Source: Rhizodiscina lignyota
Lineage: Eukaryota
Direction: 5' to 3'
Length of the DNA stretch: 62,425 nucleotides
NCBI GenBank assembly: GCA_010015805.1
Contig: ML978139.1
Coordinates: 434,001-496,425 of the forward strand
Positions 40,491-51,807 of the stretch are shown piece by piece. Every line of letters starts with the position of its first letter. The stretch's first letter is position 1. A program made the position numbers and the translations under genes. Below the pieces are notes generated by a model. It worked only from the letters and a program-made list of their open reading frames with translations. It was not told where the DNA came from and searched no databases.

Positions 40491-42340
40491 ATGTTGTTCT
40501 TTGAGATTCTCTCCTCTCTGTCCCTGTGGCCTTTCGCAAAAGCCACCGCACAGACTTGCAAAGCTGTTCCCGGAACTGCTTTATGGCCATCTGCAGCTGC
40601 CTGGACATCTCTGAACCGCACACTCTCCGGTGCCCTCATCAAGTCAATCCCACCAGGCGGCGTCTGTCATCCAGGCTGGCCGAACTACAACCGGAATTCC
40701 TCATGCGCCGAGGTACAAAAGCTCTGGCTGACCTCTTGGGCCTTCCACTCAGATGACCCTGTAGGCAATGGGTACAACAACTGGAACAACGACAGCTGCT
40801 TGCCCAGTCCACTGGTTCCATGCACCGACCTTGGATATCCAGTCTATGTTGTCAACGCAACGAAGTCGGAACATGTCCAAGCAGGAGTCAACTTTGCCCG
40901 TGACCACAATGTCCGACTCATCGTCAAGACTTCTGGTCATGACTTCCGCGGCCGCTCAGTAGCTCCATATTCCTTGTCAATCTGGACACACAATCTTCTT
41001 GGTCTGTCGTACCATGCGAAATTCGAACCTTCCGGCGGCAGATGTGACTGCGGAGACAACTGGCTGTCAGCGTACAATGGACCTGCAATCAAAATGGCCG
41101 CTGGCGAAAATCACGGGGCCGCGTTCGACTTTGCAAACAAGCACGGCCTCATGATTCATGTCGCCGGTGCTCGTACTGTCGGCCTCGGTGGTTACATCAC
41201 AGGCGGCGGACATTCTTTGATCAGTTTCCAGAAAGGTCTCGCAGCTGACAGCATCTTGGAACTCACTGTTGTCCTTCCTTCAGGAGATATTGTCACTGCC
41301 AACGCATGCAAGAACCCCGATCTCTTCTGGGCACTTCGTGGCGGCGGTGGATCAACCGTCGGAGTCGTGCTCGACTTCACAACAAGAGCATGGCAGTCCG
41401 AATCCGTAGCAGATTATGCCTTTGGCTTTGGCAGCCCGACCTTCAACGACGATCGATTCTGGGAAGCAATGGGGTACATGGCCGGACTATTTCCGTCGCT
41501 CATTGAGGCCGGCATCATGACGTACAGCAACATCTACCCAGCTAATGGGACTACATCACCTACCTTGTTGAACGCCAACATGCAGGCACCAAACATGAGT
41601 GCAGCTCGGATGGGTGCGATTCTTGAACCCATCGCAAAGTATATCAATGCGACATTTGCGCCAGACGTCATTGCCGAGATCTTTCCTGGTGGAGAGAAGG
41701 CTTCATACTATGAATGGTGGCAGGCGAACCAAGACACTACAACACCAGTCGGGGTCGATGCCGTCATCTCGTCTCGTCTGTTGGACGCCAAAGCGCTGAA
41801 GAGCCCCCAGTTCAAGACTCTTGCCAGAAAAGCCATGGGTGGCGGCGGGATCCAGATCAATGTTGTCGGTGGACCAGGCACTCATGCCTTCCCGAGTGAT
41901 TGGAATGCTGTAACCCCAGCATGGAGGACAAGCTATGCGCATACACGTACGTTTATCTAATCAAGAACAACCTGAATTGCATTAACGAGATTCACAGTCA
42001 CTGGCGTGTACGTACCTCCTTACGATCCCGCAGAAGATGCGGCACAAATCTTCAACATAACGTACAATTTGAGCGCTGCTTTGCGTGAGCTTGCGCCAGA
42101 TACTGGTTCTTACCTCAACGAAGTAAGACCATTCCAGGAATCCCAATTACATCGCTGCTAATGCTGACCGCACAGGCAAACTCATACGAACCCGACTTCC
42201 AGGACGCATTTTGGGGATCAAACTACCCTCGTCTCCTCGAAATCAAGCGCAAAGTCGATCCTGGTGATGTTTTCTGGTGCCTTGGTTGTGCGGGAAGTGA
42301 GCGCTGGCAAGCGATTGGTGAAAAGCTGTGTCGAGTGTGA
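40491..42340 (+). CDS. Secreted FAD-linked oxidoreductase (berberine bridge enzyme / VAO family)
   Basis: Signal peptide, SGHDFRGRS covalent-FAD His motif, GGGHS and DLFWALRGGGG. Later exons encode GSYLNEA and FWGSNYPRLLEIKRKVDP. Confidence 0.9.
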
Positions 42341-42985
42341 GGTGGAGTCTTCACATCAGTTCATCACCATGATAACCGCTGATACCATGGATCTTTCAGA
42401 CTTTGTGTTAATTCTTGGAGATTTCGGAAACGCACCCAACATACTCGAACTGTCCAACAATAAGGTAGTCACTAAATACTGCGAATTCGAAGAGAGTAGA
42501 TCTATCCCTCGCAACCATCGTGGCCGACCCCCTAAACGCGCGTTGCTAGAAGTGAAAGCCGAGGACAGTCCGTCCAGACGATTGCGCAGGGCTTCCCTTC
42601 AACTACAACCGGAGGAACCCATATATTTGTACGATTGAGTAAACGACTATTCACATTTCTAATTTTAAGTCTTGAGCAGCATTCTTACTTTGGGTTGAAG
42701 TTGAAGTCCTTCATATGCGACTCGAGAGGTTGGCCCGGAAGAGAAGCCAATTGAAGGACGCTAATCTATTCCAACCGCTTTAATGCACTCCAATCTCGTC
42801 CGCTCTTCAAATTTTGCTTGCATTGTTATGCTCATTCCGAATGTCAGACGCTCCAAGTCGATCGCAGAGGTCGCACATAATTAAATTCTTTTCAATGGTC
42901 TTAAAGCTTCTCTATCTCTAGAGCCCATCATATTATCAGTACTAAATTACTTGAATTTGCTCTCGGGGGGGATTGAACTAGTTAC

Positions 42986-43723
42986 CTAGACGATTGTAAT
43001 GGTCCTTGTGCTTCCAAGTCCTGCGGATCGAACGTCTACACGCTCGCCATACCAGCAGCAGACGCCGATGCGCTTGAATTCACCATCGGCATGTCCTGTT
43101 GGAACAAGGCAAAGACAGTACTGGTTGTGAATGCGATCATCCTTATAACTCGTGCCAATGAGAAAACAAGCAAAGGTGTCTGGAACTGCCTCGTCTGTGT
43201 CAGGGTACCAGGGCTCCCAGGGCTCCCGGAAGTCTTTCTCTTTGGGGATGACTGAGCCCAGCCTTTCCCACTCTGTATATTGTTTATCTGCGTCGACTTC
43301 ATCTCGACTGGAACTGCCGTCTATGTTCTCGCCTTCTGGGCTTGCGGACGGTGGGGGTGGCCCAGGAGTCAAGAATAGCCGCTTTCCATGATGAGAGATT
43401 GAAGTTGACCGGGATGAATCAGTTACCAAAGGACTTGCGGGATCGACAGATCTGATGTTTGACTTTATGCTCCATCTTGCGAGGGCATCCTGCCTGAACT
43501 CCTCGGTCCTTTGTCTTTTCCTTGAGACGTTCGGGCTGGAACCATGATGCTCTATCAACTCATTCTGCAGGCTCTGAACAAGCTCAGAAAAACGGGGAAG
43601 CGCGGTGTGGCTCTGCTGTTGAGGTTTGGGTGCCGCCTCCGTCTCTGCATTGTTTTCCGTCTGCCATCGCTCGCCACCTTTCAACTCTCCTTCTCGAGTT
43701 CCTGATTTTCTGGCCTCTTCCAC
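42986..43723 (-). pseudogene. Probable 3' remnant of a HET-domain-like gene
   Basis: The C-terminus YCLCLVPTG...GEFKRIGVC...TITIV resembles the tails of fungal HET proteins. No HET core is seen upstream. Confidence 0.35.
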
Positions 43724-44662
43724 CGTGATGTAAGCATCCGGACCTCTACACTCTCTTAGTTTCTAGGAAGGAATTAGCAGGATGAGATCATGAGGTTCGG
43801 AGAGACCTACCCTGGGACGAACTGGTGGGTTGTCTGCACTGCGGTAGAACCATGCATCGCCGTTACTATCGCTTATAAGAATAGTGACGAAAACACCGAA
43901 GCTTCGATGTACCTCGTTGCCCTTTTTGAATAGAGTGGGCACGCGTTGGTCGAAATTCTTATCGAGGCCGTCGAACTTTTTAGTCATTGTACCGTTGCTT
44001 AGAGTTTTGAGGACTACAGGTCATGAGTTCCGGATGTTCGAATTGTGAAAACTCTACCATTTTATTTCATCCGCCGACGAGGAGTGTTGTGTAGATCCCA
44101 TTCGGGATCCATCCTCATTATCCAGGTCATCCTGCGATCCGACGAAGCTTGCGTGCCCATTTGGGCTGCGATCGCCCAGTATTCGCGGTGGTGGACATCT
44201 TCTCAGTCATAGAGTCTTCACTTACAGTACCGCGAATTGCAAAACCTCCTTCACGTTTTGCGCACTCTTCTCTTCTTTCATCCCCTGTCGAACAAGGAAC
44301 CCCTTGTGTCATCTGTATTATATTGTATTAAAATATGCACCAGTCCTAAATAGTTTGCCAACCCTAATCCATCCAAACAGTGCGCCCCGTGCAATCAAAG
44401 GCAGCGCTGGGCGTTTGGTCGAGACGCTAAGATGCGGGGTCCAGCTTCGACCTGTCGAATTCCCAACATCCTCTCCTATCATTTTTGAGGTCACATCCCA
44501 ATATCTCCGTCTTCTCATAAATTTGATTGAGGGAGAGCGGGTATGCGAACCGGATCCAACCCTTTGGCGATGAAATCTTACGATTCGCTGAAAATGAGCC
44601 AGATCCCATCTTCGGTGCTTAAGGAACACTTGTACGAGCTCTGATGACTGAAGGCGAGAACG

Positions 44663-46269
44663 ATGGCTATCATTGAAATTACCGGAAATGTTCAGAGTCG
44701 CTTTATTCAGGCTGCGGTTCTCCTTCACTTGCTCGACCCAGTCCGTGGCGAGCCAACGACGCATGGCCTCGATCGAGACTTGAACGAATTCGAACTGAAC
44801 CGAGAGCGTCTTCTTAAACGGAAGTTTCTCGACTCTTTTGCGCTTATCTGCGCAACGAAGAAAGACGGCGATACCGTATCGGCGGCTTCTTTAGAGGAGG
44901 GGCTTCCAGAGGGGACGGTCATTCGCGTCGCGAGCAATCACGGGGTCACAAAGGCTACCCTATGTGGGCTACAGGAACTGGTGTCTATCCTAAACGCTGT
45001 TGCCAGTGGCGGTGAGCAACACCATCGAGATAACCAAACTTACTGCTTATAGTAGCTTCATGTCGCAGAGTGCATCGCGTCCCATAAGGAGTCGGAGGTC
45101 CCAGCACGGATCATCAGTCTAGATATTGCCAGAATACGGTACTATCTAAAGGAACTCCGCAGCGTCAGCGACAACGTGAAAGAGGCCATCGGACGCTTCA
45201 AGTCGGGAACTGCGTATCTCCAAACTGATCATTCTCGCTCCGTAAACTTCACTGAATGGATCGCACACGTCTTTGAGATAAGAGACTTGGCTCCGGATCT
45301 TGCTCCTAACAGTCTTATCGACCACATTTGGTGGGCTCTGGAAGCTCGGCGAACTTACCTGGAGTGCTTGAAGGCTGCATTCTCTACCAAGGGCCAGGCG
45401 TTCCCTCGATGGGTCTACCTATTCTCAAGCTTGGACGATATGCGGTCGCCTCTATGGCCTTACTCCGGCTTGCTTCCGAGTTTCCGTCTCTATTCAGCCC
45501 AATGCTTGTAGAACCTGCAATCGCTCCTCAAAAAGTCCAGTTCACAATCACGAAACAGGAGATGCCCCTGACGAGTGTGCTTCGAAGACTTGTCACGAGT
45601 AGTCAAGTAGACGATTACATTTCCCGGCTAGCTCGTGTCTGGGGTGTTGTGGACGCAGAGGTCCATTTCCGAGAGGCTTGTGCTTTAAGCCTATCTGTTC
45701 ATGCCGAAATGCAGCTTCTCAACTTCTACGACCATAATCCCGGGAGAAGACCGGCATTCCGCTTTATTGGGGTGAGCAAGAAATCCTGTTTTCTCTGCCA
45801 GCGGTTTCTTGTAAACCATCCACAAGCTTTCGGCGTTTCGTCTTGCCACCAGAAGCTTTATCTCCCTTGGAGGCCTCCGCCCGCAGCCAATGCCACCATC
45901 TACAGACAGTACAAGAGTATTACAACTGACCTTAGTAAAGATATGGAGGCGGCAGCGAAGCAGGAGTTGCAAAATCGTCTCGGTCTCCGCCGGCCTGTTC
46001 CTCCTGACTCAACTGCTGGTGTGTCTCTCTCTGGTTTGTCGGGAGAATTTGTGGTGGGGGAAACTCTATACGCGACGTCATCGCTCTCGCCGATTGACGT
46101 GGTGGACCTCACATCGCCAGATGAGGAACTGTCCCAGTCCTCGTTTAACATCTCTCCTGTCGGCGACGCATTCTCAATTGCTAAAATGGTATTCCATGTG
46201 ATGCGCCCTGGCGAGACTCAGAGGCAAGACATTATCGCTATACGCGATATACTCTTAGGGGAAAACTGA
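44663..46269 (+). pseudogene. OTT_1508-like nucleic-acid deaminase gene with a 1-nt frameshift
   Basis: FLDSFALICA...IRVASN N-terminus, intron 45012-45068 and catalytic HAEMQLL...IGVSKKSCFLC. The frame changes at ~45419 (FPRWVY to ILKLGRY). Confidence 0.7.
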
Positions 46270-46299
46270 CCTCACTAAGGTCCATTTCGGCTTTCGAAC

Positions 46300-46640
46300 C
46301 TGAGTATACAAGGATTTAAAACTGAGCAGTGACTAAGTAACCTGAGCTTGTAGCTATGCAAGCCTGAGCAAGCCAAGTATTGGCCCGAATCTGGGACAGC
46401 AGACGTCCTAGATTCGGCCTACTCCCCTGTTTAGTAGCCTAGTTCTTAACGTGTAGCCCAGTTTCTGGCACCAAGTAGCCCAGATTTAGGCCCTTAGGCG
46501 CGTTTATACTTTCCTTTTAAAAGTATAGGCGAAAGTGTCTTAATAAGGATACTGTTCTTAACTTACAAGAATCTTTAGCCACTATTAGCGCCTTTTCCAA
46601 TTTCAGCTACGACTTCATAGGATTATATATATAGAATGTT
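46300..46640. mobile_element. Degenerate RIP-like relic with short internal repeats (possible DNA transposon end)
   Basis: Repeated GTAGCCCAG(T/A)TT-like and CTGAGC motifs followed by a TpA-rich AT stretch. Confidence 0.35.
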
Positions 46641-47735
46641 TTCAAGTGACCGTGATCATGAACATCGAGTATGCGATAAGGAACTTCCGAATCACACGGC
46701 AGGGCACCCGAACCACGCCTCCACTAATCAAGAGCTAGATACTGCTCCACAGCCTTGCCGCTCTCCGATACGGACGAGTGGAAAATCACTCAGAGGTAGC
46801 GCTAAAAAAGGAAGAACACCGTCGAACCCCATTTTCCGGATGCAACGCCTCCGCAAGACCTCGAACAGGTTCATAAATACCGAGCGTCGAGGCCCTGACG
46901 ACTATACTCACGTCCGGATCCTATGACTTCAACGACGAATTTTCCCAGGGTTGATGACCATACCTACCGATGGTGAGAGCAATGACGAAGGCAACAGCGA
47001 GCGGGAGCACACCGTCACTCCGGTAGTTCGGCTACGGCAGTCGAGACCGAATGGCAAGTGCAAGTCTAATCGGCTGTTGGGTCAGCCTAAAGCTCCAAGT
47101 CATACACGGAACACACGAACATCAAATATGCCGATTCGGTGGCTGAGAAGTTTTGATGTTTTAGTCAAATAATTGAATGTGAGGGGCCAAATCGCATGCG
47201 AGTTTTCCCCGCGGAATCGTTCATACGGCACCCGGTTTGCATATTCGTCTACTGTGCGATCACGGCAGGGGTCGCAGATGATCTAGGAGAATCGTTCAGC
47301 TAATGGGTCCGTTTCAGAATCCTGTACCATCATTGCCCTTAAGCCCGCTTTCAAAGTGGTCTGCTTCCGCACGCCTCCCCAGGTTAATAAGACATGTTCC
47401 GTTTCAAATATACTTCTTAACTATTGAAGGAGCAGGTACAAAGAAGGCGAGCAAAGTGTCCTTACTGAGGGCCGGGGGAGAGTTGCAGTCTCAGCCCAAA
47501 AATAGCTCAACCAGCGCAAGATACGCGTGGACCCACGGCTCCTAGCCGACAAAAAGTCACACGTCACTTCCGGACTGTTCATGCTTCGTGCCGTTCGCCA
47601 CGGGGATTCAAGAACGAATTGAGTACGACCTGGGATGCCACGCCCTTCTTATAAGCGCTCTGGCGAGCAGGAGTCAATCGCAAGTTGACGATGAGGCGTA
47701 AGACTAGCGGGGTTCAAGACGAATTGATACTGTAT

Positions 47736-49172
47736 TTACCATTGCCGCACATTGACCCCCATGTTCTGCTTGAAGCTGAAGAAATCAGACAACACTGTGG
47801 CTACTCTCTCCACAATCATGTCGATCTCGGCAGGTGTGACATTGTAAGGGGGTGCGATGAGGACATGGTCTCCAACAACACCGTCCACTGTGCCTTTGCC
47901 TGGGTATAGACATATGTTATATGGCTCCTGCATTGCCAGCTCGTGGATGGAATAGCCTGCGCTCAACTCCAGCGGCAACGGCTCCTTTGTGACCTTGTCC
48001 CGTACAACCTCTATCGACCAGAACAAGCCCCGCCCTCTGATCTCACCGACGTTTGAATGCGACGCGACGGCAGTGTGAAGGGATGTGGCAAGGCGGCTTC
48101 CCATTTCTCGCACGTTAGACAGCAGGCCATCTTCCTTGATGATGTTTTGGACTTCCAAGGCTGCAGCACATGCCGATGGGTGCGCCTGGAAGCTTTGGCC
48201 GTGTGAAAACTTTGAGGTGCCAGATTCCAGAACTCGATTCACTTCACGGTCGATGAGCACACCAGATATCGGGACATATCCTGCACCGAAAGCTTTGCCA
48301 ATGACCTGAATGTTGGGTACTACATTTTCTTGTTCCCAGGCGTGCATGGTACCTGTTCTGCCCATGCCGCACATGACTTCGTCGAGGATCAGGAGGGCTC
48401 CATGCTTTTCGCAGACTCGCTTGACCCCGTCAAAGTAGCCGTGAGGAGCAGGCACGGTGCCGGTTGATGCACCTGTCACCGGCTCTGCAACAAAGGCACA
48501 GACCGTGCCTTCAGGAAAGCGGGCAAATTCATCGTCCAGTTCTTGCACAAGTCGGGAAACGTATGCTTCGATCGATTCTCCGTCTCCGAGTCCACGATAG
48601 GTGTTGCATTGAGATACGCGGCTGCTGTTGGTAGGGAGGATCGGCTCGAATGGACCGCGACGACCTAGATGGCCACCAATTCCCAACGTTGTGAGCGTTG
48701 CGCCATGGTATGAGGGCAATCGCGCAATGAAATGTTTCCTAGATGGTTGAGGGTTCCGTAGTTCAAGATAATATTGTCTGGCAAGTTTCAGAGCCGCCTC
48801 CAGTGCTTCTGACCCAGAGCTGAGCGTCAGTAGCCTCGCCATTCTTCCTTTAGTCGAGTCTATGACCGTTGCTGCTAGCTCTTCACTTGCGGCTGTCGTG
48901 AAGAATTGGCTATGGCAGTAAGGCACCGTGTCCATCTGTTTCCGGACCGCTGTTTTGACTCTGGCGTTGTCGTGACCCACGCATGCCACCGCAGAACCAC
49001 CGCATGCATCGATTATCCGTCGTCCGTCGGCTGTATAATAATAGATTCCTGATGATTTGGTGATGACGGGTGCTTGTTGGCGGAGATCCCGGGACAATAC
49101 GGCGCTGATGCTGCTGGCGTGCGCTTGCGCTTTCAAAGACCTTTGCATAAGGCGCCTTGAGATTTTGAACAT
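47736..49172 (-). CDS. Class III PLP-dependent aminotransferase (omega/beta-amino acid transaminase, YodT/BioA-like)
   Basis: Intronless. Motifs DACGGSAV, SGSEALEAALK, SYHGAT, AFVAEPV, LILDEVMCGMGRTG and IGKAFGAG (PLP lysine). The N-terminus is Arg/Ser-rich. Confidence 0.92.
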   Translation of the reverse strand: MFKISRRLMQRSLKAQAHASSISAVLSRDLRQQAPVITKSSGIYYYTADGRRIIDACGGSAVACVGHDNARVKTAVRKQMDTVPYCHSQFFTTAASEELAATVIDSTKGRMARLLTLSSGSEALEAALKLARQYYLELRNPQPSRKHFIARLPSYHGATLTTLGIGGHLGRRGPFEPILPTNSSRVSQCNTYRGLGDGESIEAYVSRLVQELDDEFARFPEGTVCAFVAEPVTGASTGTVPAPHGYFDGVKRVCEKHGALLILDEVMCGMGRTGTMHAWEQENVVPNIQVIGKAFGAGYVPISGVLIDREVNRVLESGTSKFSHGQSFQAHPSACAAALEVQNIIKEDGLLSNVREMGSRLATSLHTAVASHSNVGEIRGRGLFWSIEVVRDKVTKEPLPLELSAGYSIHELAMQEPYNICLYPGKGTVDGVVGDHVLIAPPYNVTPAEIDMIVERVATVLSDFFSFKQNMGVNVRQW

Positions 49173-49817
49173 GATGGACACTCGTGAGTCATTATTTGTG
49201 GCTAGAGGAAGTTGTAAACTTGCAATCAAAATGGCTCATAAGGGCTATGTGAGTCCACAACGAGAGTTGCGGCATAGGCCACAGTATATGGCGTGAATGA
49301 AAATGGAACGAAGTTGGGGAACCAGATTCGTAGCTTTTTTCGAATATTCTTAGAGCCTTTTTACAATATCAGATAATAATTGTTCAGCTCCTTTAGTAAG
49401 CCGCATGGGTTTGAAATTTGAATGGCCCCCTTGATTTGTGGGGGACGCTGTGACGCTGATCCCGGTGGGTTTTACAAGTAAGCGTACACCGCGTGACAAG
49501 GAAATAACGAAATGCAATAATAATGAGGAAGGGAGTAACAATGACGAAGAAATTAGCGCTTAGAATACTGTAGGCTTCAGCATGTTTACTAACTTAAGTT
49601 TCAGTTGACAAGAAATGCACCTAGTGTCTCTGTACCTGCACACCGATCCTGGTCTGACTGGCCACGCACCGGTAAAAGAGCTTGTCACTGACTATTTTCA
49701 CAGCTCTCGAGCTCTTGTTCCATATTCGTTGTGTCTTCTGTCTTGTTTGCTGTAATTTTCAGATACTCTTCATCATCGCTCAACGAGTTGTCAATATAAT
49801 GACTTGGCCGATACATC

Positions 49818-51289
49818 ATGCTACCTAAAAACTACCAGCTCTTCTCCAAGAGTGCTCTTCCTGCACTCTTCAAAAGATTTCAGCCAAACCTCGATGGAGA
49901 TAAGTTCATTGCGGCAGCTCATGTATTTCCCATGCGAGTTAATAACCATGTGGTCGATGACTTGATTGATTGGTATATGAAACCTGGGTGTTTATATTCT
50001 TGAGTGGCTGATATGTATGTAGGTCAAATGCATCGACCGATCCCATGTTCAGACTGAGCATTCCTCAGCCAGATATGCTGCGTCCCCACCACCTTAACTC
50101 CATTTTAGCAGCCATGCGGAGCCCAGACACCACGAAAGTGGAAATGCGAGAAATCTCAGAGTCAATACGAAGACTTATGAATCCCCATCCAGCCGGGCAA
50201 AAGGAAGAAAATGTGCCTCGGGTGAATGGTGAGCCTGTCGCCGGCTTACAGCACAAGTACCGCGAAACTGTACTTTTCTTCCCTTCTGAGGTGAGCTATA
50301 ACGAGTCTAAGCATTTTTGAATTGAAGCAGTTCATTAAAGTATTCAGGCACAATTCTGTCACGCGTTTTGTACATATTGCTTTAGATGGGCGCAGTTCAC
50401 CTCTGTGGGCTCAGACCAGGCATTCAAGACGTCAGATCGAGATCTTCTTGTGCAGTATATCCAACAACATCCCAGGGTTACCGACGTCTTATTCACTGGA
50501 GGAGATCCAATGGTTATGTCCGCCTCAGCCTTACGCCACTATACGAAGGGATTATATGGACCAGACAGCCCACCGCATTTCAATACTATCCGGATCGGGA
50601 CAAAGTCGTTAGCGTGGTGGCCATATCGTTTCGTAACAGACCCGGATGCTAAAGAAACGCTAAAGCTTTTCTCTGAGATTGTGAATTCTGGAAAACATCT
50701 TACTATTCAAGCGCATTTCAGCCACCCCAGAGAAGTGGAGCATCCGGTAGCCCAGGAAGCCATCAAGCTTATTCGCATGACCGGTGCGCAGATCCGATCC
50801 CAAGCCCCACTCATCAATCATGTCAATAACGACCCTGATACCTGGGAGTCTATGTGGAAGCTTCAAACACGGCTCGGTATAATCCCTTACTACATGTTCG
50901 TGGAGCGTGACACGGGCGCTCGCGACTATTTCTCCGTCCCACTCGCAGAAGTCCTGCGAATATTCAAAACTGCATACTCGCGCTTGCCCGGTACGGCACG
51001 GACAGTTCGAGGTCCGTCGATGTCGGCAGGGCCGGGGAAAGTGTGTGTCTTGGGCAAAACAACCATAAACAATGAAGAATGCTTTGCGCTTATGTTCTTG
51101 CAAAGCAGGAATCCGAAATGGACAGAGAGGATATTTTTTGCGAAATACAACCGTGAAGCGGTATGGTTGGATGACCTCGAGCCTGCTTTTGGAGAGACAG
51201 AGTTCTTCTTTCAAAAAGAATATGACGAGCAGAGAGAAATGGTAAACATTGGATCATCGGGCCAGCTTAGCCTTAGTGGTGAAGTTTAG
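49818..51289 (+). CDS. KamA-like radical SAM/PLP amino acid 2,3-aminomutase, 3 exons, ~454 aa
   Basis: Introns 49973-50022 and 50291-50347. Motifs GLQHKYRETVL, CHAFCTYCFR (CxxxCxxC), VLFTGGDPM, IRIGTK, HFSHPRE, IPYYMF and SAGPGK. Confidence 0.92.
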
Positions 51290-51807
51290 TACTGGAATGT
51301 TTTCTTGACCGAATTGGTCTGAATTTTGGTTCTGTACCTAGATGTGTAGGGAGTTGGGGAAAACTAAGTGATAAGAAGTATTTCTGTCAAGGAAGCTTCC
51401 GGTCTTATGCGAGGATGTGGAATGACGGTGCTAGAAATGCGGTTTATCCTACGATAGCTTCAAATAAGGTCCAAATGAAAGAGATAAGTATTTCCTAAGG
51501 GAACATGAAGACCCTCATACCGTGAGGATTTGGATGGGACAAATCATAGCCTAAGGTAACGCAGAAAGCTCACTATCATGTTCGACTTGGAGACGAGTCT
51601 TTCTCAATGCAGCCATTTGCGATCAAAAATCCGAGTAAAACTTCTGGCCATCCGCTGCCTGTGTATCTGGACCGTTTGTGCCAGGCCAATGATGAGCGAA
51701 ATAGAAGCTATAGTATATCAAGTAATTTACGGTTTTGCAAGAATAAAAGGTTTCATAAATCTATCGGAAATTAACCTGTACCTTTCCATAATTGCTGACC
51801 GAAGGAA

